A stretch of 63,894 bases of DNA, counting the filler, from Candidatus Tectimicrobiota bacterium (GTDB lineage: Bacteria > JACPSX01): assembly GCA_016193065.1 (NCBI GenBank). It is 6 parts of 6 records of this genome, joined end to end, with 100 filler letters (N's around TTAATTAATTAA, not from the genome) between each part and the next. Parts side by side here need not be neighbours in the genome. Positions count along the whole stretch, not along the records: positions 1 to 14,632 come from JACPSX010000204.1; 5 more parts are not named here. The stretch is one strand, 5' to 3'. Position 1 is the stretch's first letter, and each line of letters starts with the position of its first letter. A model generated the notes under the pieces. The model saw nothing but the letters and a program-made list of their open reading frames with translations. It ran no database searches and had not been told where the DNA came from. This document shows positions 1 to 10,230 of the stretch, piece after piece. A program made the position numbers and the translations under genes.

Positions 1-636
1 GCGATTCTCGGCATCGGCGCAGCCTGGCACGAGGAGGAGCACAGGGGTTACGGCTTTGACTTCCCCCCCGTCCGCGAGCGCCTGGACCGCCTGGAGGAGG
101 CGTTGCAGGTTTGCCGGGCGATGTTTACCCAGGAGGCCCCGAGCTTTCAGGGCCGTTACTACCAGATCCACGAGGTGCTGAACATGCCGCGCCCTTTGCA
201 GGCCGGCGGACCCGCAATCATGGTCGGCGGCAGCGGCGAACTCCGCACCTTGCGCCTCGTAGCCCAGTACGCGGACATGTGCAACGTCATAGGGGGTGTG
301 GAGTTTGTCCGGCACAAAATGCAGGTGCTTCTCCGCTACTGTGAAGGGATCGGCCGCAACCCGGCGGAGATCATCAAGACCCGCCTGGGTGCCCTCGTGG
401 TTGCGCCGACGCGGGCCGAGGCCGAGAGCAAGGCCGCGGAATACCGGGCGGCTCGGGGGATGGACGAGGCACGCTTCCGCAGCTACGTGACCGCGGGTGA
501 CCCGGAAGGGGTGGTCCAGCAGGTGCAGGAGTATTTCGACGCGGGCCTGGACGGTATGATCTTCAACATGCCTTTCGTACACGATCTGGATTCCGTGAAG
601 CTGGCAGGAGAAACGCTCTCGACCCGCTTTTCCTGA
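1..636 (+). CDS. LLM-class (luciferase-like, probably F420-dependent) oxidoreductase, 5' partial
   Basis: Frame open from base 1 (AILGIGAAWHEEEHRGYGFDFPPVRERLDRLEEALQV...PRPLQAGGPAIMVGGSGE..TLRLVAQYADMCN), typical LLM motifs. Confidence 0.85.
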   Translation, partial: AILGIGAAWHEEEHRGYGFDFPPVRERLDRLEEALQVCRAMFTQEAPSFQGRYYQIHEVLNMPRPLQAGGPAIMVGGSGELRTLRLVAQYADMCNVIGGVEFVRHKMQVLLRYCEGIGRNPAEIIKTRLGALVVAPTRAEAESKAAEYRAARGMDEARFRSYVTAGDPEGVVQQVQEYFDAGLDGMIFNMPFVHDLDSVKLAGETLSTRFS

Positions 637-727
637 GCGTTGGGACGGGGGGATCCGAAGGAAAAGGCTGCGGACTTTCGAGGCCGCGTCGACTGCTTTG
701 CCGGCGCGGCATGTGGGGGAGGATAGC

Positions 728-1195
728 ATGGCTCCAGGAATCGGCGATTCAGCTCCGGACATTGCCCTGCGGGACGGGAATACCAACGAGACGGTGCGCC
801 TTTCCTCCTACAAGGGAGCGAAGTGGGTGGTCCTGGCCTTCTACCCGCTGGCGTTTACCGGCGGCTGAACGAAGGAGTTCACGGCATTCGGTGAATGCTC
901 TCCGTCCTTTCAGGATCTCAATGCCCAGATTTTGGGAGTGAGCGTGGATCCTTCGCCCAGCGCGGCCGCCTTTGCCCGTCAGCTCGGCCTCTCTTTTCCC
1001 CTGTTGGGTGACTGGCCGAACTATGAGGCGTCGCGGGCTTACGGCACATATGACGAAGAGAAAAAAATCGCGGCCCGCCGCACTTTCCTCATCGACTCCG
1101 ACGGTGTTGTGCGGCACATCGTCGACGACCCGCGGGATTTCGAGCGGCACTCCCGGGAAACCCTGGAAGTGCTCGGGAAGCTGCAGCGTCTTTGA
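728..1195 (+). CDS. Selenocysteine-containing peroxiredoxin (AhpE/BCP-like); in-frame TGA at 866-868
   Basis: MAPGIGDSAPDIAL...VVLAFYPLAFTGG-U-TKEF...ILGVSVD...LLGDW...RRTFLIDSDGVVR. TGA sits exactly at the peroxidatic Cys of PxxxTxxC, the frame continues to 1195, and a SECIS-like hairpin follows. Confidence 0.9.
871..910 (+). promoter_or_regulatory. Bacterial SECIS element
   Basis: GCATTC-GGT-GAATGC perfect stem (884-898) with a G/U-containing loop 21 nt after the UGA; lower pairings ACG/CGT and AAGG/CCTT. Confidence 0.75.
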
Positions 1196-1278
1196 ATCCG
1201 GGTCGGTCTTTTGCGGCGAACCGCCACCTCGAAAGGCGGCCCCCGGCCCCTGCAATTTCACATCGAACTGGAGGAACC

Positions 1279-2313
1279 ATGAGAGCATGGCGGGTCTACG
1301 ATGTAAACGACATGCGGTTGGAAGAGATCCCTGTCCCTGCAGTACGGCCGGGCTGGGCGCTCGTCCGGGTGAAGGGATTCCAGCCCAGCATTACCGAGAT
1401 CCAGCGCTTCTGGGGGACAAGCAAACGGGGCATCGAAAAGATGAGACAGTTGATCCGGGAAATTGGCCCCTTCCCTATGGGGCACGAGATTTGCGGCGAA
1501 GTGGTGGAAGCGCCGGCAGACTCCGGATTCCGGGCTGGGGATCGAGTTGCCTATTTCCATTATTCCACGGGGCACATCGCCGGCAGCCACTACCCAGGCT
1601 GCTTTGCCGAGGCGGTCCTGCTGCCGGTGCAAGCGATTGCCAAAGTCGATTCCACGATTCCCGACCTGGAGATTCCGGCTCTTCAGCCCCTCTCTTCCTG
1701 TGTCCAACTGGTCCGGGAGGCGAAGATCCAGCTCGGCGAGACTGCTGCGATCTTCGGGCAGGGGGTCATGGGCTTAAACATCACGCAGCTCTGTCGTCTG
1801 GCCGGAGCCGGCCGGGTGATCGGCATCGATGTGCGGGAACAGTGTTTGAAGATGTCCCGGGAGCTAGGCGCTGATGTTACGATAAACGCCACCAAGGAAG
1901 ACCCTGTTCAAGCGATCCTGGATCTGACGGAGGGCCGGGGAGCCGATGTGGTCTTTGAGTGTGCCTCCGGAAGCCCGGAAGTTGGGCTCTCGGGCGGAAA
2001 GACTCTTTTTCAGGCCATAGACTCCGTGCGGCTTTCAGGCCGGCTGGTACAAATTGCCTTTTACCATGACGACGTTACTTTGGACCTGAACAGTTTGCGG
2101 GGCAAGCGGATCAAGTACATTTTCCCCGACGAGGCAAGCCTGGACGTCATGGCGGTGGGGAGCCGGCTCGTGGCCGATGGTAAGGTTCGCTTCCAGCCTT
2201 ACCTCACCCACGTTCTGCAAGGTCTCGAAAAACTACCTGAGGCTTTTGAGATCACGGCTCACAAGGCCAAGCACGGGGCGATCAATCCGGCCGTGGTCAT
2301 GCTGGACACATAG
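1279..2313 (+). CDS. Zinc-binding MDR-family alcohol dehydrogenase (atypical)
   Basis: GHE motif, Rossmann GQGVMG, GRGADVVFECASG; RBS GGAGG before ATG 1279. Confidence 0.85.
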   Translation: MRAWRVYDVNDMRLEEIPVPAVRPGWALVRVKGFQPSITEIQRFWGTSKRGIEKMRQLIREIGPFPMGHEICGEVVEAPADSGFRAGDRVAYFHYSTGHIAGSHYPGCFAEAVLLPVQAIAKVDSTIPDLEIPALQPLSSCVQLVREAKIQLGETAAIFGQGVMGLNITQLCRLAGAGRVIGIDVREQCLKMSRELGADVTINATKEDPVQAILDLTEGRGADVVFECASGSPEVGLSGGKTLFQAIDSVRLSGRLVQIAFYHDDVTLDLNSLRGKRIKYIFPDEASLDVMAVGSRLVADGKVRFQPYLTHVLQGLEKLPEAFEITAHKAKHGAINPAVVMLDT

Positions 2314-2426
2314 AACATCCGGACACTTGGCCCGCTGCAGGTCGCAGGGAAGCCGACCCGTTTACCCGCCGAGGTCTCAGGACAATCTTCCCCCCCTGAG
2401 GCTTGAGGTGACGCGGCTCCTGCCGG

Positions 2427-2888
2427 TCAGGCTGAAAATGCCTGTGCTTCTTGCGAAGAGGGCTTCGACTGGGAAATTCCCTGGTCCCCTAACTGCCTGA
2501 CGCACTCCTCAATGCCTGCTTTTTCACGATTTAGCTGTATTAAGAGATCTTCCAACGATAGGATCCGACCTTGCAATTCGTGCTGGGTCGCTTCACGGCT
2601 TTCGAAGGAGGCTCTCAATTCCTGATTGGCGGACTCGAGTTTTGCTCGCAGGTCCTGCAGTTCAACTTCGTTCTCCCGCAGTGTCCGGGAGTTCTGCTGG
2701 AACAGCTCCTGCTGCTGGTTGAATTTTTGCTCAACCTGCTGGACGGCCTGGATGAGCTGGCCGATGGGTCCTTCCGGGATATCCTGGATGGGCGGCAGGG
2801 GATATCCGGCCGTAAGCGCCTCCAGAGCGCTCTGCAGCCACTTGAGCCGTGTGATGAGGTTGGTTAATAGGTCGATCTCTGGGAACAT
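2427..2888 (-). CDS. Hypothetical coiled-coil protein
   Basis: AAGGAGGA RBS before ATG 2888; Q/E/L-rich heptads. Confidence 0.6.
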   Translation of the reverse strand: MFPEIDLLTNLITRLKWLQSALEALTAGYPLPPIQDIPEGPIGQLIQAVQQVEQKFNQQQELFQQNSRTLRENEVELQDLRAKLESANQELRASFESREATQHELQGRILSLEDLLIQLNREKAGIEECVRQLGDQGISQSKPSSQEAQAFSA

Positions 2889-3116
2889 GGTTTTCTCCTC
2901 CTTTCCGAGGCGGACCCGGAACGCTCCGCCGTGCGTCCCCTCATTGATCTCCAATTGTAGGATGGGCGCGCCAAGCATACCGAGGGTCTATGTCTGTGTC
3001 AATCATTAATTGGCACTACTTCAGGACCCTGTATGAATCCTTTTCCCGGTGCTTCCGGCAGTGATGAAAACGGCGAACCTCTTGCTTTGTGGTCTTGCGC
3101 CGGAATTCCCACGGTT

Positions 3117-4827
<1,711 letters not shown>

Positions 4828-4844
4828 CATGATCTCCATAGCCC

Positions 4845-4932
4845 CTCCCTACGCTGGTATTACCCAGGTCAGGTTCGAGCGGTCGGCAGCAGGCTCGCTG
4901 CCCTCTCAGCCCGGTTCCCCGAGCTCCCGCAT
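4845..4932 (-). ncRNA. TPP riboswitch
   Basis: Minus strand GGGAGC...GCTGAGA...GACC..GAACCTGACCTGGGTAATACCAGCGTAGGGA matches the THI-box. Confidence 0.95.
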
Positions 4933-4993
4933 GTTGCTGAGTGAGCCCAGTGTACGGATATCCCCTTTCTGAGTCAAGGACTCAATGAAACTT

Positions 4994-5019
4994 GAGGGCA
5001 CCCACTCAGGGGTACCCCT
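4994..5019. repeat. REP-like palindrome, copy 1
   Basis: GAGGGCACCCACTCAGGGGTACCCCT, near-identical to 24294-24319. Confidence 0.55.
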
Positions 5020-5072
5020 CGGGTTCCCTCCCGCGCAAAGCTTTACGGGAGCCTCAAGGGGCACCCCGGTTC

Positions 5073-6617
5073 TTACTTCTCCGTGCCTCTCTTCGCGGAT
5101 CTGCCTAGTGCGGCGAGGAACATGACGCTCTTTCCCGCGGCATGCGGGGAGAAAAACGCTGTCACGTCGTCATCGTAGAAGGTGAGGCCGGTGGCACCCA
5201 GACGCTGGGCATACGCGGACAGGTAGAGCTTTCCTCCGATGATTCCGGCTTCGAGCTGGGCGGCCCGGTAACCCCGATTGCCATAATGCTCCAGGATCGG
5301 TGCGAGATCGGACAGAAGGTAGACATTCACGCTCGCGCCAGCGGGCAGTGCTTGTTCGAGCCCCAGATAGCCGGCCTCCCGGCGGAAGTTTCCCTCTTTG
5401 AGCAGCTCGAGGGCTTGGCGATCCTGGTGGAATATATAGGCGCCGGGCGGGAGATCCTCGACGGCGTTCACGATGAGGTACAAGTGGTTGATCATAGCGC
5501 CGGCCGGTTCCAGGAAGTCCGCCGGAACTCCTCGGGTTGCCCGGTCCAGCATTGTGGAGAGCTGTGCGAATGTGATGGGCTCCCCGGCGAACTGTCGGGT
5601 GGAGCCTCTTCTGAGAATCACCTGAGCAATCGAATCCGCTGGAAGGTCGGCGTCCTTCAGTGCACAAAGAGGGAAGAGCAGTCCCTCGGGGGGTGGACCT
5701 TCCTGGGCCGGCGTCCGGCCCCTCCAGTCCGCCGCCTCAGACTCCGAGTGAAGCGAGGAGGCGGCGTGCATGGCCCGGATGGCCGGGTAGTCGACCTCGG
5801 TCTTGGACAGCGGCACGGTCGGAAGTAAGAGGGGTCCGGCGGGGGAGGGAGGCGCCGGAGCGGAGGTCCGATCCCTCCCCAGCGGGATCAGAGTCAGTGC
5901 CACCTCGCGCTCCACGTCCAGATCCAGAAGCCGGTTGACCTGTGCGTCCAAGAAGCCGCATATGACCCGGGCCGGAACCTCAAAGGCGGCCGTGGCGGCC
6001 AGCAGGTTGGCCAGGATTGTGCCGCTGTCCCAGAAGCAGTGCCGGTAGGTGCGGGACCGATATTTCCAGGCGTTTCTCCAAAAGGTCCCTGTACCGATGA
6101 GGATGGCGGGAGCGCTGGCCAGGGAGGGCTCCCCCCCGCTGGCCTTGACGAGCGCGCCCCGGTGGTCTCCGGTGCGCAGCTTCCTGAGGGCGAAGTCGTG
6201 GGCTCCGAAATGATAGACTCCGGCCTGCAGATCCGGGAGATCACTGCAGACGAGGTAAATCTCGATATGGTAGAGCGCGCCGGTGCAGGCGGCGGCGCGA
6301 AACAGGATCTCTCCTCCGGAATAGATCCGGCGCCGGGTGATGCCCGCTGAGAAGAATAAAATCCCGGCGAGGGTTTTCAGGTCAGGGACCTGGGTCACAG
6401 TCGGCTCCGACCCCGAGGCTGCGATGGCGTTGAGAGCCAGCATATCCGGGCGTGCGAAGTCCTGGGGGAGCGGAATGGGATCGAGGGTCGAATAGATCTT
6501 GAACGGGAGCGGCTGGTTCGACCAGTCCAGAAAATGGTCACCTGTCCGAACGCTCTCGTACGAGTGTTTCGTGCCGTTGTGATAGGTCCACGTCGCTTCT
6601 GTGTCGCGGTTGTTCAC
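5073..6617 (-). CDS. SagB/ThcOx-family nitroreductase-like dehydrogenase (two nitroreductase domains)
   Basis: YHNGTKHS, FRAAACTGALY, WKYRSRTYR, RRGSTRQF, GATGLTFYDD; GTG at 6617 after AAAGGAG (ORF-track start 7145 is over-extended). Confidence 0.88.
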   Translation of the reverse strand: MNNRDTEATWTYHNGTKHSYESVRTGDHFLDWSNQPLPFKIYSTLDPIPLPQDFARPDMLALNAIAASGSEPTVTQVPDLKTLAGILFFSAGITRRRIYSGGEILFRAAACTGALYHIEIYLVCSDLPDLQAGVYHFGAHDFALRKLRTGDHRGALVKASGGEPSLASAPAILIGTGTFWRNAWKYRSRTYRHCFWDSGTILANLLAATAAFEVPARVICGFLDAQVNRLLDLDVEREVALTLIPLGRDRTSAPAPPSPAGPLLLPTVPLSKTEVDYPAIRAMHAASSLHSESEAADWRGRTPAQEGPPPEGLLFPLCALKDADLPADSIAQVILRRGSTRQFAGEPITFAQLSTMLDRATRGVPADFLEPAGAMINHLYLIVNAVEDLPPGAYIFHQDRQALELLKEGNFRREAGYLGLEQALPAGASVNVYLLSDLAPILEHYGNRGYRAAQLEAGIIGGKLYLSAYAQRLGATGLTFYDDDVTAFFSPHAAGKSVMFLAALGRSAKRGTEK

Positions 6618-6766
6618 GACTGGCTCCTTTGCACCGCTTCCCTCCTTCCCCTGTGGGAAGAGAGTGGAAGCTGGAGAATTTTGAGCAAGCCCGATGGCGA
6701 TCTCGATGAAAATCAGGTTACTCTCTGGGGGCAGAAGGCGGCAAATAATTTTTTTGAGAAAAGGTC

Positions 6767-7687
6767 CTAGCCCAGCCGGTCGGGCTGCCAGCGCAGGCCC
6801 ATGTTGAGAACGCGCTGCAGGAACTTCGGGTATGACATGCCTGCCCGTTTGGCTGAATCGGCAAAGTCTTCGCCCAGGGCGATTTGAGGGTTGGGGTTCG
6901 CCTCCAGGACATAGACCTTCCCGCTGGGTTCGAGCCGGAGATCCATGCGGGCGTAACCGCTGAGACCGAGGATCCGGTAGACGCGCTTGGCGATGTGCTG
7001 GATTTTCTCGCACATCCCTTCGGGGAGACCCTTCGCTTCGCCCGAAGTGATGCCGTACTTGCTCTGGTACTTGTGGCTCCACTTCACCCTTTCCGTGGCG
7101 ATGCGGCGGGCTTCGTCGGGCAGGTGGTTCAAGTCCAGTTCCCACACCGGAAGCACTTGCAACTTGCGGTTACCCAGGACTCCCACATACAGCTCGCGGC
7201 CTTCAATGTACCGTTCCACGATGGCGCCGGTTTCCACGCTGTTGTGGATGAAGGCCACACGTTCCCGGAGCTTGTCGTCGTCCTCGACGATCGAGGCCTG
7301 AGAGATTCCCAGGGAAGCTTCTTCGGAAACGGATTTGACAATCAACGGGAAGGAGAGGTGCTTGGGCCGCTTGATCGACTGTCCGAGGGGGAACAGGGAG
7401 AACTCGGGAGTGGAGATCCGGTGATAGGAGAGATCGTAGACGGAGACGCCGTCGAATTCCTCCAGGAGGTTGAAGGCAATGTGAGGCTTCCATTCCTCGA
7501 TCGCTTTGCGGATTACCTCCAGGTCGTTGCGCACACCGAGAGGCCGGACCTCGTGCCCCATTTTGCGGAGCGTACTGACCACGTCGTACTCCGTCTTCCA
7601 CTCGGCGGTGGCAAGGTTGTGTCCGTTGAGATGCTCCGGTGGAATCAGGTCCTCGTGCATGAGAGCCAAGACGCGCAGCTTCTTCAT
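6767..7687 (-). CDS. D-Ala-D-Ala ligase-like ATP-grasp enzyme with an apparent in-frame internal deletion
   Basis: PLIVKS..EEASLGI, VERYIEGRELYVGVLGN, GYARMDLR, LEANPNP; the usual PYTG...DK segment is missing between VYD and LSYHR (~7432). Confidence 0.8.
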   Translation of the reverse strand: MKKLRVLALMHEDLIPPEHLNGHNLATAEWKTEYDVVSTLRKMGHEVRPLGVRNDLEVIRKAIEEWKPHIAFNLLEEFDGVSVYDLSYHRISTPEFSLFPLGQSIKRPKHLSFPLIVKSVSEEASLGISQASIVEDDDKLRERVAFIHNSVETGAIVERYIEGRELYVGVLGNRKLQVLPVWELDLNHLPDEARRIATERVKWSHKYQSKYGITSGEAKGLPEGMCEKIQHIAKRVYRILGLSGYARMDLRLEPSGKVYVLEANPNPQIALGEDFADSAKRAGMSYPKFLQRVLNMGLRWQPDRLG

Positions 7688-8745
7688 AGGGCGACCCTGT
7701 GATGACCGCTGTGGAGGTAGTTCATCGTTTGCACGGTCAGGAGAATCGTAAAATCCATCTTGGCCTGGTCTTCCGGCATGGCCACCCGCAGGTTGAACTT
7801 CCGGCAATGCGTGATCATGTCTTCCAGGACCTGGTCGATCGTGTACTGGTATTCCCCCGTCCAGGACGCTACCTTGCGCCGGACTTCCCTGCGAATGCGG
7901 CTCAAGAAGCTGGCCGCCGTCATGTTGGCCTTGAACTCCGGTGCCTCGGAGAACAGCCGCCTGAGGTCCCGATCATAAAAGTTCGGGTGTTCGAGACCGT
8001 AATGCTCCCGCTTCTGTTCATAGTGCTCCCGCAGGGTCTTGCGCAGACCGGAGAGGGGATCGATCCGCCGTCTTAGGGTCACCGGGGGCGGAGTGCCGGC
8101 GATCTCTTTCATGAGACCGTCCATGTACTCGAGCTTCTTGAGCGCCGGCCAGCCCCCGTAGCGCTCTCTCCACAAGGAGTCCGGATTCAGCCAGACTGCG
8201 AAGGTCTCGGCGAAATCTTCATCCGGGTGGCTTTGGGCATACCACGATTCCAGGTGCCGGACGAAGCTCTTGCTGTACGGTCTCGGTGTGTAGTAGTCCG
8301 GATAGGGTTCGGATGATTTGCCGAACATCCGCTGCCGGCGCCGCCTCCGGCGCAATCGGTAGGCGTTCTCGATGGCGTGACCCGTCTCGTGGCGCAGGAT
8401 TCGCATGCACCATTCCGGAGTGCCGCCTTCGACCTCGAGCATCTGGTCCCGTTCAAGCTGGGCCAGGCGTTGATGGACCATGTAGAAGGGGATTGCCGTT
8501 CCGGGGATCCCGTCGGGGGTGAACCATTCGTCCGAAATCCAGAAGTGCGGCCGAAACAGGATGTGATGGCTATCGAGTTCCCGGTAGAGCTGTCTGATCT
8601 GCTTGGCAACCGGGCTCCCCTTGATTCTCAGGTGCAGGTCGCACAGTCTCATGTCCAGGAGTTTTTCATCAGGCCATGACGCCCATTCCGGTTCCAGAGC
8701 GGAACAGGAAGGTTCAAAATCGTTTGCAGAAGTGGTCCTGTTCAC
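7684..8745 (-). CDS. Putative zinc-binding metallopeptidase (zincin-like)
   Basis: HExxH (HETGH) plus YAQSHPDEDFAETFAVW; overlaps the ATP-grasp start by 4 bp. Confidence 0.85.
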   Translation of the reverse strand: MNRTTSANDFEPSCSALEPEWASWPDEKLLDMRLCDLHLRIKGSPVAKQIRQLYRELDSHHILFRPHFWISDEWFTPDGIPGTAIPFYMVHQRLAQLERDQMLEVEGGTPEWCMRILRHETGHAIENAYRLRRRRRRQRMFGKSSEPYPDYYTPRPYSKSFVRHLESWYAQSHPDEDFAETFAVWLNPDSLWRERYGGWPALKKLEYMDGLMKEIAGTPPPVTLRRRIDPLSGLRKTLREHYEQKREHYGLEHPNFYDRDLRRLFSEAPEFKANMTAASFLSRIRREVRRKVASWTGEYQYTIDQVLEDMITHCRKFNLRVAMPEDQAKMDFTILLTVQTMNYLHSGHHRVAL

Positions 8746-8997
8746 CGCCGGCACTCCCTTCCTCAAGCTGTATCACCCTTATGGAAACAGACGTTTCCGG
8801 CTATAATGAAAGATCGGACGGGGTACGCATTTAATTGAATCGGAAAACTCCGGGTACGCAGTCCTGTGCCCCCCAGAGGAGAGAGCGCCCCCCGCAATAG
8901 GACGCACAAAGCCAGCCGCCGAACCCCTGAAGGGCAGAAAGAATAATGAGTTCGAGGATTTCGCCCCCGGGCTTTCGGCCGCAAACGGAAGGGGTTC

Positions 8998-9564
8998 GTG
9001 GACCTAATTACGCTGTTCGGCATGGCTCTGGCCCTGGCCGTGGACGCTTTTGCCGTGGCTCTGGCGGCAGGACTGGCTCTGGACCGTTTGACCGGGCGCC
9101 ACCTGTTCCGTCTGGGCTTTCACTTCGGACTGTTCCAGGCTCTCATGCCGGCCGTGGGCTGGACAGCGGGGCTCACCATCCAGCGCTGGATCAGCGCCTA
9201 CGACCATTGGGCCGCCTTCGGCTTGCTCGCTTTCGTCGGCGGTAAGATGATCATCGAGGCTTTCCGGGAAGAGGAGGAGGGGAATTCGTCTGCCGACCCC
9301 ACCCGGGGCTGGAGCCTGGTCACGCTCTCCGTCGCCACCAGCATCGATGCCCTGGCAGTGGGGCTTACGTTGGGGATGTTGGGAGTCAGTATCTGGTTCC
9401 CCGCCCTGGTGATCGGCCTAGTCGCCGGCGCCCTAACGGTGACCGGCATGCTTCTGGGCCGCCGGGTTGCTGTCGTGTGGGGGAAACGGATGGAAGTGTT
9501 TGGTGGACTGGTGCTGTTCGGAATCGGAGCAAAGATTCTCCTGGAGCATACCCTGCTGCAATAA
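8998..9564 (+). CDS. mntP: Manganese efflux pump MntP
   Basis: ALAVDAFAVA, FGLFQALMP, DHW, ATSIDALAVG; hydrophobic helices. Confidence 0.92.
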   Translation: MDLITLFGMALALAVDAFAVALAAGLALDRLTGRHLFRLGFHFGLFQALMPAVGWTAGLTIQRWISAYDHWAAFGLLAFVGGKMIIEAFREEEEGNSSADPTRGWSLVTLSVATSIDALAVGLTLGMLGVSIWFPALVIGLVAGALTVTGMLLGRRVAVVWGKRMEVFGGLVLFGIGAKILLEHTLLQ

Positions 9565-9706
9565 AGAAGAAAAAGAAGGGGAAAGCCTTTTCCCCCCGCC
9601 GGCCGCTGTGCTACCCTGAAGCGAATTGGACAAACCTCAGATTGAGCGACAACGAAATTTTTGAGCCGGGAGCTTCAGCGCGGGATCCCGGCGGGACGGA
9701 GAGACC

Positions 9707-10219
9707 ATGAACGAAAAACACCCTGCTGTCCGGATGCAGACCACCATGGGCGACATCATCCTGGATCTGGACGCCGAGAAGGCCCCGGTCACCGTGGAGA
9801 ACTTCCTGGGCTACGTCGCCGACGGTTTCTTTGACGGCACGATTTTTCACCGGGTGATCAAAGACTTCATGATCCAGGGCGGCGGCTTCACCCCGACAAT
9901 GGGAGAAAAGAAAACCAAGCTCTCCATTAAGAATGAAGCCGGCAACGGTTTGAAGAATGGCAAAGGGACCATCGCCATGGCCCGCACCCAGGTGGTGGAC
10001 AGCGCCACCAGCCAGTTTTTCATCAACGTTGCGGACAATGACTTTCTCGATCATCGGGATAAAACGCCCAACGGGTTCGGCTACGCCGTCTTCGGCAAGG
10101 TCCGGGAGGGGTTGGAGGTCGTGGAGGCGATCAGCAAGGTGGCCACGGGCAATTCCGGCTTTCACCAGGACGTGCCGCGCCAGCCCGTGATCATCGAAAA
10201 GGTGACGCTGGTGGAATAA
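9707..10219 (+). CDS. Cyclophilin-type peptidyl-prolyl isomerase (PpiA/PpiB)
   Basis: [45 protein letters not shown]. Confidence 0.96.
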   Translation: MNEKHPAVRMQTTMGDIILDLDAEKAPVTVENFLGYVADGFFDGTIFHRVIKDFMIQGGGFTPTMGEKKTKLSIKNEAGNGLKNGKGTIAMARTQVVDSATSQFFINVADNDFLDHRDKTPNGFGYAVFGKVREGLEVVEAISKVATGNSGFHQDVPRQPVIIEKVTLVE

Positions 10220-10230
10220 GCCGCCTCGTT

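Noticed and set aside
866-868. TGA read as a nonsense mutation
   Set aside because: It lies exactly at the catalytic Cys position, has a SECIS-like hairpin, and both halves are intact.
5073-7145. 690-aa ORF as listed
   Set aside because: The 5' extension overlaps the ATP-grasp gene; RBS and homology start at GTG 6617.
8830-8997. yybP-ykoY or glycine riboswitch before mntP
   Set aside because: Consensus motifs could not be found.
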